Of a stretch of DNA of 64,000 nt, positions 40,777-48,008 are shown piece after piece; the first letter of the stretch is position 1, and every line of letters begins with the position of its first letter. Both the position numbers and the translations under genes were made by a program. This DNA comes from a virus. The stretch spans positions 46,428 through 110,427 of the IMG/VR virus record IMGVR_UViG_3300005841_000032. One strand, written 5' to 3'. A model generated the notes under the pieces. That model did not search any database. It saw only the letters and a list, made by a program, of their open reading frames with translations, and was not told where the DNA came from.

Positions 40777-41391
40777 TCATTGTCCTTTCAATCCGTTATT
40801 TCCCGTTCTAACTACTACTATTGGTTCGAACTTCAAAGTTAATACTTTTTCTACATCTTTTATCCATCTATAATCTGCTGCCTTATACCCATCCCAATTA
40901 GCTATATTATTTTTACTATGATGCAAAAATAAACAAGGTGCGCCTATTTTACCTTTAACTATCTTTTTATTTTCTATAAAATCTTGTGGTGGTTTTGGTC
41001 TGCCTTTCCGCAACATCTGACAAATTACTCCTTCTTCTGGATTTGTTAACTTTGTCGAGATCGTCTCAAGGGAAAGACGGCTAAATAGAAAATCATCGTT
41101 GTCCAGAAATAAAAACCAGCCTTCGTTAACTAAATTCTTTAATTGATTAGAATAAAGATTCCAATAGAAGGGGTAATTCCTGTCTATCTCGGCATCGATT
41201 ATCCTAACATTAAAAGAATCATTCTCTGTCTGTTTTTCAGCATCTTTCCTTGCTTCTTCTGAATCACAGCAAATTATAACATTTAAATTTTTTACTATTG
41301 TTTGTTCTCTGACCGAATGTAAACAACGTCCCAATAATTCAGGACGATATTTATTGCGAATGAGAACGTTTATTAGGGGCTGACCGATCAT
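40777..41391 (-). CDS. GT2-like glycosyltransferase
   Basis: LINVLIRN, RCLHSVREQT, FLFLDNDD, ADYRW. Confidence 0.8.
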   Translation of the reverse strand: MIGQPLINVLIRNKYRPELLGRCLHSVREQTIVKNLNVIICCDSEEARKDAEKQTENDSFNVRIIDAEIDRNYPFYWNLYSNQLKNLVNEGWFLFLDNDDFLFSRLSLETISTKLTNPEEGVICQMLRKGRPKPPQDFIENKKIVKGKIGAPCLFLHHSKNNIANWDGYKAADYRWIKDVEKVLTLKFEPIVVVRTGNNGLKGQ

Positions 41392-41861
41392 TTCAATACC
41401 AATTCAGACTCTTTAACTAATTTGGTATTAAATCGTTCTATTACCAATTCAGCAGTAAATTTACTGCCGCCTTTTCCAGTACATGACTTAGAACAATATG
41501 GCCCCGCTTTACCTCTTTTTCTTTCAGTTAATACCCAATGTGCCTTTTCTCCTTCCCTGATAACATCTTTGTCGCAAACAGGACATATAAAGCCTACCAT
41601 TAATCTTTCAGCGTCTTGCAAAACATGAGTCAATCTATCTACAATTCTTAAATTACTTAATTCATCATTAGTAAAATCTTGATCTATATGATCAATAGTT
41701 TCATTGCCCATCAATTTTCTACCAATATGATGTTCAACTAGAAATTTTGGATAGCTAACAGTTGTGCGCTTCCCATTATTATCGATGCAAATATGCTTAC
41801 GTCCATCCTTTCTTAAATAAGGCCCATTTATATGGCCTGTATATAAATTACTTTTAATCAT
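41388..41861 (-). CDS. HNH homing endonuclease
   Basis: GRKLMGNETIDHIDQDFTNDELSNLR; CPVC...YCSKSC zinc motif; starts 4 nt after tRNA-Leu. Confidence 0.85.
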   Translation of the reverse strand: MIKSNLYTGHINGPYLRKDGRKHICIDNNGKRTTVSYPKFLVEHHIGRKLMGNETIDHIDQDFTNDELSNLRIVDRLTHVLQDAERLMVGFICPVCDKDVIREGEKAHWVLTERKRGKAGPYCSKSCTGKGGSKFTAELVIERFNTKLVKESELVLK

Positions 41862-41865
41862 ATTG

Positions 41866-41952
41866 TGCCCCGGGAAAGAATTGAACTTTCACGATCATTA
41901 CTGATCACAGAATTTTAAGTTCTGCTTGTACTACCATTTTCAACACCGGGGC
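41866..41952 (-). tRNA. tRNA-Leu (TAA)
   Basis: GCCCCGG/CCGGGGC acceptor, CAGAA-CTTAAAA-TTCTG anticodon arm, long variable arm, TTCAATT T-loop. Confidence 0.9.
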
Positions 41953-42066
41953 AAAAATAAACAAAGAAGCTCTACTCTGTTGGTCTTTTTACAAGGGCTG
42001 GAATGTGACACCTTTTCTCTGTTTAAATACAGACGCGCTCTCTGTTATACATGCGTAATTAAGAAG

Positions 42067-42140
42067 TAGCGGGAGCCAGACTCGAACTGGCGCATAAAAG
42101 CTTATGAGGCTTTCCTTCTACCAACTGAAAGTATCCCGCG
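42067..42140 (-). tRNA. tRNA with CAT anticodon (Met; initiator-like acceptor stem)
   Basis: CGCGGGA/TCCCGCT acceptor, AAAGC-CTCATAA-GCTTT anticodon arm, GCCAG-TTCGAGT-CTGGC T arm. Confidence 0.88.
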
Positions 42141-42147
42141 ATGTAAA

Positions 42148-42246
42148 AAAACAAGTGACTGTATGTTTCTAACTAATTTGGTTAGATGCCATTAACCCTA
42201 CAGGTAGGTAATTGCCTATTGACAATATTTTCGCACCACTTGTTTT
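42148..42246 (-). ncRNA. Candidate structured ncRNA
   Basis: 10-bp closing stem AAAACAAGTG/CACTTGTTTT with two internal hairpins, between promoter and tRNA. Confidence 0.4.
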
Positions 42247-42259
42247 ATTTTTCATATTT

Positions 42260-42290
42260 CAAAATTAATCTAAAATATCATTCCAACAAA
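42260..42290 (-). promoter_or_regulatory. Bacteroidota sigmaA-type promoter
   Basis: TTTG-N19-TAATTTTG matches the -33/-7 consensus. Confidence 0.7.
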
Positions 42291-42370
42291 ATAAACTATA
42301 CAATAAGCTAAAATTCCTCCAGTTGAAATAGTAAAAATGGGCAATAGTGTTTCCCATGTATTTTCTATAG

Positions 42371-42703
42371 CTACCATTCTTCTATGCTTGGCTCTGGCTT
42401 TAAGTGAGTATGTTTTTCGTTTTTGCATATTGTAGAGATTATCGTTGTTTCTCTCTTATCTAAGTCATTAATAAAAATTATCAACCCCGTATCAGTATTT
42501 TCAAACCAAACTGAATAAAGATCATCTTTACTGCCATTACTTAATACTAAATATTGCTTATTTCTTTTCTCTAATTTCAAATGCAAATCAATCGATTGAG
42601 ATATAATATGTAATGAATCTTTATCTGCAAATAATCCTACTCTTTCATATTTGCATTGCTGTCCATTTCCTAAAACTACATATAGCCAAAGAATAAATCG
42701 CAT
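42371..42703 (-). CDS. Hypothetical protein
   Basis: 110 aa ORF just downstream of tRNA-Thr. Confidence 0.45.
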   Translation of the reverse strand: MRFILWLYVVLGNGQQCKYERVGLFADKDSLHIISQSIDLHLKLEKRNKQYLVLSNGSKDDLYSVWFENTDTGLIIFINDLDKRETTIISTICKNEKHTHLKPEPSIEEW

Positions 42704-42713
42704 TCAATTTTTG

Positions 42714-42788
42714 AGCCCGTGGATGGAATCGAACCACCGACCTGTTGCTTACAAGGCAAACGCTCTAACCTACTGAGCTACATCGGGC
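42714..42788 (-). tRNA. tRNA-Thr (TGT)
   Basis: GCTC/GAGC D arm, TTGC-CTTGTAA-GCAA anticodon arm, GGTGG-TTCGATT-CCATC T arm; one bulged A in acceptor. Confidence 0.85.
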
Positions 42789-42934
42789 AATACACTGATT
42801 CTTTCTGTTTTAATTCCGTCAAATATAACTTCTACTTTCTTCAATTCAAACTTCTTTTCTTCAACTGCTTTCTTTTTCTTCACTTCTTCTTTGAAGAATT
42901 GCGGAATGATTCGTGTTTGCTGTTCTTGTTTCAT
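42770..42934 (-). CDS. Small Lys/Glu-rich protein overlapping the tRNA-Thr 5' end
   Basis: ATG 42934 lies just after the late-promoter motif at 42946-42956. Confidence 0.35.
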   Translation of the reverse strand: MKQEQQTRIIPQFFKEEVKKKKAVEEKKFELKKVEVIFDGIKTERISVLPDVAQ

Positions 42935-42941
42935 GTTTGAA

Positions 42942-43898
42942 TTATTTAAAAATACCATATTTGCGACTTAAATTTATACCATTACAATGACTTATCCAGC
43001 CATTATACGCGGCTACCGAATACTCATTCCTATTACTCTTAATCATTCGTTTAAAGTTCTCTTTTATACTTTTACGCAACAAAGAATAGTCAGGGAATAT
43101 TTTATAACCTAAGAAATCGATTCCTCTATCTTTTACCGGAAACACTTGATAATTATTCTTTATTTCCAATTTCAAATTATCCCATAAATACACTTGAATA
43201 TCTTCTCGCAGGTTATGAAGCCAATGTTTATCGTGATGCAGTATTAAAATGTCGTCACAATATCTAAACAAATATTTTACCCGTCTATCTTCTTTCAACC
43301 AATGATCAAAATATGTAAGGTAAAAATTAGCAAATAGGCCACTCAGGTAATTGCCTATCGGTAAGCCCGTTCCGCTATCTATAATTTCATCTAATAGCCA
43401 TAATAGCTTTCCATCTTTAAATTTTCGTCTCAGCAATTGTTTAAGTATTTCATTTGAGACATTTGGAAAGTATTTCTTAATATCCAATTTTAATGCATAC
43501 TTGGTTTCTTCTTTATTCCATAAAGCCGCTTTAACATCATAATATCCTCGATGAATTCCTCTACCAACAACGCAACTATACGTATTAGCTATAAATGATT
43601 TAGTTAGAATATCACCTATAACATTAACTATTGCATGATGACAGATACGATCCGGATAATATGGAAGACGCGCTATATCTCTTGCCTTTGGCTCATAAAT
43701 AGTGAAGTAAGAATATTCAGAAGTTTTATAAGTCATTTCTTTTAAACTTCGCTGCAAATCCTTAATATTCTCATCTTCTTGCTTTCGATGTTCAATTACA
43801 TCTCTATTCCATTTCTTCCCACGACTCGCATTTTTATCCGCCAACTTAAGATTATCTAAATCATAAATTTGCTCATATAAATTGCCAACTCTCTTCAT
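42942..43898 (-). CDS. DGR reverse transcriptase
   Basis: PDRICHHA, GRGIH, LKLDIKKYF, GLPIGNYLSGLFANFYL, RYCDD, GIDFLGY; 318 aa; no maturase/endonuclease domain. Confidence 0.96.
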   Translation of the reverse strand: MKRVGNLYEQIYDLDNLKLADKNASRGKKWNRDVIEHRKQEDENIKDLQRSLKEMTYKTSEYSYFTIYEPKARDIARLPYYPDRICHHAIVNVIGDILTKSFIANTYSCVVGRGIHRGYYDVKAALWNKEETKYALKLDIKKYFPNVSNEILKQLLRRKFKDGKLLWLLDEIIDSGTGLPIGNYLSGLFANFYLTYFDHWLKEDRRVKYLFRYCDDILILHHDKHWLHNLREDIQVYLWDNLKLEIKNNYQVFPVKDRGIDFLGYKIFPDYSLLRKSIKENFKRMIKSNRNEYSVAAYNGWISHCNGINLSRKYGIFK

Positions 43899-43909
43899 TT
43901 CTCTAAATA

Positions 43910-43972
43910 AAAGTCTCTTTCAATTACTTACTAAAGACTTTCCTTCTTACTTGATCTTTTGCCTAAGGGCAA
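43910..43972 (-). other. Structured TR-RT spacer (two hairpins)
   Basis: TTGCC-CTTA-GGCAA at 43959-43972 and AAAGTCT...AGACTTT at 43910-43941. Confidence 0.6.
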
Positions 43973-44011
43973 GGTTGACACATATTTAAATAGGTAGGGA
44001 AAATTTTTAGA

Positions 44012-44082
44012 GTTAGCCTCGCCTCCATATTCGAGTTGTAGTTCCAATTATTCGCATTAGAATTCAGCACTCAACTAGAAGA
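44012..44082 (-). repeat. DGR template repeat (TR)
   Basis: TCTTCTAGTTGAGTGCTGAATTCTAATGCGAATAATTGGAACTACAACTCGAATATGGAGGCGAGGCTAAC; AAY-rich, non-coding. Confidence 0.97.
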
Positions 44083-44100
44083 AACATTCTATGTGTAACG

Positions 44101-44676
44101 CTAAGCGGAAAGATAATCTTCATAAATATCTTTAAATTGTTTACCAGCATACAAAGCTGTTCTTTCATCCCTATATGAAAGCCCCGCCCCCAAAACCGAG
44201 TCGTAGTACCAAACACCCGCAACAGAAACCAGCACCCAACCAGAAGATTTTTTTTCGAACCAAGGGTACCACTTTGATTGAGATGAATTTTTATAGTCTT
44301 CCGTCCAGCCTTCATTAAGAACTTCTGCAATCAACTGAATTTTCGCAGCAGCATTCAATGCTTTTTGCTTCTTATTTTTTGGATTATTGAATGGAACAAC
44401 ATTCTCTTCCTCTTCACCTGCTAATTCAAGAATATCTTTCCATTTCAAATCACGATCAGTCAATGTGACTGATTTAAAAACATCAAAATACTTTTTCAGC
44501 ATTTCTTTCTGTGTTTCATTAGCATCGTTAAATGCTTTCTTGATCAAAGTTTCTTCTACCTCAATCGTATCGCCTGACTGCCATAAAGCAAGTTCAGTGA
44601 TTTTCTTTTGCCAATCTTGACATACTTGTCCGTAAATTGTTTGCAAATCTTTTCGTGAAATTTTCTGTGCTTTCAT
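44101..44676 (-). CDS. DGR target protein (191 aa)
   Basis: Contains the VR near its C-terminus; LNEGW...KWYPWF...YAGKQF scaffold. Confidence 0.93.
   Translation of the reverse strand: MKAQKISRKDLQTIYGQVCQDWQKKITELALWQSGDTIEVEETLIKKAFNDANETQKEMLKKYFDVFKSVTLTDRDLKWKDILELAGEEEENVVPFNNPKNKKQKALNAAAKIQLIAEVLNEGWTEDYKNSSQSKWYPWFEKKSSGWVLVSVAGVWYYDSVLGAGLSYRDERTALYAGKQFKDIYEDYLSA
44177..44247 (-). repeat. DGR variable repeat (VR)
   Basis: TCTTCTGGTTGGGTGCTGGTTTCTGTTGCGGGTGTTTGGTACTACGACTCGGTTTTGGGGGCGGGGCTTTC; 19 mismatches to TR, all at TR adenines. Confidence 0.97.
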
Positions 44677-44719
44677 TTGTTTTTGAATATTTTCCCGGTT
44701 TAGTAAAATTAACGTATAT

Positions 44720-46031
44720 TCATTTCTTCAAATTTAAGAAAGTATTTTTATGCTGCAAAGCTCCATTGGGAACTATTATAAATATTTGCGAATGCGCCTT
44801 ACTCTTTCCTATTGGTTCCCTTTTCTTCTTTTCAGCCACGCAAATAGGATATGGCACATTTGTTTTGTGAGTTGCTATTTTCACGAAGGAATTTATTTGA
44901 GAATTCCAACGGCCTTCGATTAGATCAAATAGTTTCATTTGATGAAATCATAGTCATCCATACTTGTTTTTAAGTTCAATATTTTTAGCTTTCATTTTTT
45001 GAAAACCAGTTTCATCAAAACTTGCACTTAGCACATCGCTTGCTTCTTGTTTCTTACCTAGTTGCGCTAAATGACTTGCATATATTCTTGCGCCTAATCC
45101 GTCTTTCAGATGCAATCTTATGTTTATTTCATTCACCTTTTCTTCTGCAATCCTTACGCAACTAGAATAAAACAAATCAACAATTTCATCCTGAGTTACA
45201 TTTCTTATGGTGCCGAATGGCTTCTTTTCTGCTCTACCATAAGCTATTATTCGACCCATCTTTCTACTGAATTGGTCACCATCACGACAAACAGCTAATC
45301 CCAATTTTAAATGAAAATAATCATTTCCAAAAGCATGATCTACTATTCCCACAAGAGTAAACCTATTGTCGGAATGATATACGAAATGTTGTTTTTCAGT
45401 TTTCATTTTTTTTAAGAACGTTTATTGATTATGTTCAATTATTTTTCTTACAAATCCATAGTAAGCAACCGATGCCAATGGGCAAATTACTAACCACCTG
45501 ACATACCATGTTGCATCTATACGATACATAAATGGAAAAGCAATAAACCAAAGCACAATATAAATTATAGTAAACCCGCTAACATCTCTCATATTGCTTC
45601 CAATAATATGTATCGGATTGTGCTCCATTTGTTAGGAGAAAATCTTTCAATTCCAAAGCCACCAATTTTACGCTTAAATTCTATTGAACAATCATTTCCC
45701 CAAACGCCAATAGCTTTTGTTTTTGTAATTCTATTAATAGTAGCAACAAAATCACTGAAAGTATTTTGCACTCTAACTCGATCTCCAATTTCTAATTCTG
45801 TTTTCATATAAATTCACCATTTTTAAAATCATATCCTAATTGATCTTCAAATTCTTTCATCAAATAATGCGTTTGTTGGAATGGTTCTATATGACACAAC
45901 TCGCTCATAAGCGCACTAGCAAAGTCTTTCGCTTCCATTTTGTCTAACCCCATTCTCCTAGAATGAATAAACCATTTTGCAAATTCAATAAATCCTTTTT
46001 GTTCTTTTTGAATTTCCTCTTTTGTTTTCAT
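44720..46031 (-). other. Five small hypothetical CDSs upstream of the DGR (44720-44938, 44954-45406, 45422-45592, 45589-45807, 45804-46031)
   Basis: Tightly packed and co-oriented; 45422-45592 has two hydrophobic helices; 44954-45406 has a C-x3-DQFSRKMGR motif common in phage proteins. Confidence 0.55.
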
Positions 46032-46037
46032 ACCTCT

Positions 46038-46066
46038 AATAACGCGCTAATCCGGCATATGGACAA
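46038..46066 (-). promoter_or_regulatory. Bipartite promoter-like motif TTGTCC-N16-CGTTATT (copy 2), heading the DGR operon
   Basis: Same boxes and spacing as 25415-25443. Confidence 0.6.
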
Positions 46067-46152
46067 ATATTTTAAAAGAATTTTTTGCATGAATTTTCAA
46101 TTTACTGATTATCAGATAGTTACGTTTTAAAGTATTTTTTTAAAACCTTTTC

Positions 46153-46183
46153 TTGCTTTATTGCGTACAATATAGTAGGTTTG
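46153..46183 (+). promoter_or_regulatory. Bacteroidota sigmaA-type promoter (plus strand)
   Basis: TTG-N20-TAGGTTTG before ATG 46211. Confidence 0.55.
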
Positions 46184-46210
46184 ATTATCAATTAAAAAAC
46201 AGAAAGATTT

Positions 46211-46357
46211 ATGAAAACAACTTACAACGTAATGGTGCAAAAATTTACACCTTCAAACACAAAATCATTTAAAGGCTTCAATGTCACTATTCAAGACAAA
46301 ATAAAGATTGAAGCGAAAAATCTCAAAAAGCTTCGCAAGTTTCTTGCCACTCTTTAA
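46211..46357 (+). CDS. 48-aa basic protein, only credible plus-strand gene
   Basis: MKTTYNVMVQKFTPSNTKSFKGFNVTIQDKIKIEAKNLKKLRKFLATL; own promoter; fills an otherwise empty gap. Confidence 0.6.
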   Translation: MKTTYNVMVQKFTPSNTKSFKGFNVTIQDKIKIEAKNLKKLRKFLATL

Positions 46358-47289
46358 ACCAAAAAATCTTGACCGTTAAACTTCACCAATACCTTTGGTC
46401 TGTTTGATGTTTTAGGTTTGCTCTTATCTGTTTCAAATGAGGTTCCGTTCCATACGGAACCTTCTTTATATTCTACCGCCAAACATCGACACCTCGGATG
46501 TATTGCGACTAAAGTACTTTTCCAGTCTTTTTGTTTCCTCCCGATGTTGCTTCCATTTGCCTCTAATTCTTTTAGTGTAAATATCTTTGGCTCACTTCCT
46601 TCTCCGCCTGTCAGGTAAAGCTTTACGCAACTTGGGCAAGCTGACGGTTGGACTCTGAACCACACTTTTGCTTTCTCGTTATCTCCGTCATTCTTTCTAA
46701 GCACCATTGCAGCCCTTCCTTCATTTAATGCAGTATGAGAGATATATTCTACCGACTTTCTGAAATCTCTACTCCAATCGCCCGTAAGACGTCCTATTTG
46801 CCTTGCTATCTCTTTCTTGCTTTTCCGATCTCCCGTTCCAGTTGCCATTTGATCCTTTAAATACTCTTCCTGATTTGCCCTTGCGTTCCCAAATTGGTTA
46901 CTGACTACATTGTTCACGTCTTTGAATATGCGCTCGTTTGCCAATCTTATATCGGACATTGATTGCATCTTTATACTATTGATCGTTGCCCTTTCTCTTG
47001 CATTCAAGGGAATGTATGCGCTGGAAGTCACATAATCTTTTAATTGATTAAATGTAATATTTTGAACTTGTTTTTCTGATAAAATTTTAGAAAGCAATCC
47101 AAGATGAAAGTTCAATTCTACTAAATCCTTACTTTCATCGTAAAGCTTATCGGCGTTTATTCCATTGTCCTTTAAAACCTGCTTTTCTCCATCTGAAAGA
47201 TAGTCCCCGCCCAATGTGGTTGCGCTGAATAAAGCTGTTTGCCTCTGAATGAGAGCCAGTATAGTTTGTACTTGTTGTGGAGATAACAT
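46354..47289 (-). CDS. Head morphogenesis protein (Mu gpF/SPP1 gp7-like; start revised to 47289)
   Basis: ACPSC...HPRCRC motif; downstream of portal. Confidence 0.8.
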   Translation of the reverse strand: MLSPQQVQTILALIQRQTALFSATTLGGDYLSDGEKQVLKDNGINADKLYDESKDLVELNFHLGLLSKILSEKQVQNITFNQLKDYVTSSAYIPLNARERATINSIKMQSMSDIRLANERIFKDVNNVVSNQFGNARANQEEYLKDQMATGTGDRKSKKEIARQIGRLTGDWSRDFRKSVEYISHTALNEGRAAMVLRKNDGDNEKAKVWFRVQPSACPSCVKLYLTGGEGSEPKIFTLKELEANGSNIGRKQKDWKSTLVAIHPRCRCLAVEYKEGSVWNGTSFETDKSKPKTSNRPKVLVKFNGQDFLV

Positions 47290-47293
47290 TCTT

Positions 47294-47368
47294 TCATCCT
47301 CTGGTAAGTAATCCAATAATAATCACAGTCAAGACTATAAGGGCTAGAATAATTGTTATTGACTTCAT
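47294..47368 (-). CDS. 24-aa single-TM micropeptide
   Basis: MKSITIILALIVLTVIIIGLLTRG; ATGA overlap with upstream stop. Confidence 0.4.
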   Translation of the reverse strand: MKSITIILALIVLTVIIIGLLTRG

Positions 47369-47577
47369 AATAAATACTTTGCTATGTCCCTAGATATTCC
47401 CACCACTCTCTTTTCAAAGTACTCTAGATAATGTTTCTCAATTTCATTCACCACATTAATCTGAGGTTTTTCTATTGGCTTTAGTTTCTTTAATGGAACA
47501 GCTTTATATAACCAATCTCCATTATCAAGGAAAGTGTATTCAAAGATATTACTTTTTATCTTTCCTATTTCTTCCAT
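47365..47577 (-). CDS. Hypothetical protein
   Basis: 70 aa ORF in the portal operon. Confidence 0.45.
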   Translation of the reverse strand: MEEIGKIKSNIFEYTFLDNGDWLYKAVPLKKLKPIEKPQINVVNEIEKHYLEYFEKRVVGISRDIAKYLL

Positions 47578-47588
47578 ACACTAAATAT

Positions 47589-48008
47589 TTATCCAATCTT
47601 TAAGAAAGTATCTACGCCCATTATTCCTTTAAGAATCGCAATTATTGCTATAGTTTGAATGATAATTTGAACTAACATTCTTCCTATTTCCATCCATTTA
47701 TTTTTAACATTGTTTTTTGCACTTATAGCCACATCTTGTTCTCTGTTAACCTGTCTTATATGTTCAATTTCTTTATTCAAAGAATCTATTTGGCGTTGTA
47801 AATCAGCTTGTCTTTTAATAACACCTTCATGTCCCAAAATTTCATTTCCAAACAATCCAGTTTCAATCGTATCAAGCTTTTTTAACTTCTCATTTATTTG
47901 AGCTAATACATCCCAATGGCTATCTAACTTACCCTCAACTTTTTCCATTCTAGTTTCCAGTGCCATAATTTGCTTTTCAGCGATCTCCATAACCTTATTT
48001 TTTTTCAC
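47589..48008 (-). CDS. Coiled-coil protein with C-terminal TM helix (holin/hemolysin-like)
   Basis: Coiled coil followed by MLVQIIIQTIAIIAILKGIMG. Confidence 0.5.
   Translation of the reverse strand: MKKNKVMEIAEKQIMALETRMEKVEGKLDSHWDVLAQINEKLKKLDTIETGLFGNEILGHEGVIKRQADLQRQIDSLNKEIEHIRQVNREQDVAISAKNNVKNKWMEIGRMLVQIIIQTIAIIAILKGIMGVDTFLKIG

Larger units (their letters stand above)
42942..44676 (-). mobile_element. Diversity-generating retroelement (target-VR / TR / RT)
   Basis: DGR-type RT plus TR/VR pair with adenine-specific mismatches. Confidence 0.97.

Noticed and set aside
41955-42064. Possible extra tRNA or ncRNA between tRNA-Leu and the CAT tRNA
   Set aside because: No cloverleaf or convincing closing stem found by eye
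42942-43898. RT as group II intron, retron or Abi RT
   Set aside because: Short, lacks maturase/endonuclease domains and the retron VTG motif, and has an adjacent adenine-specific TR/VR pair
44064-44330. Alternative-frame ORF across VR and TR
   Set aside because: Out of frame with the target; the AAY codon phase of TR matches the 191-aa gene
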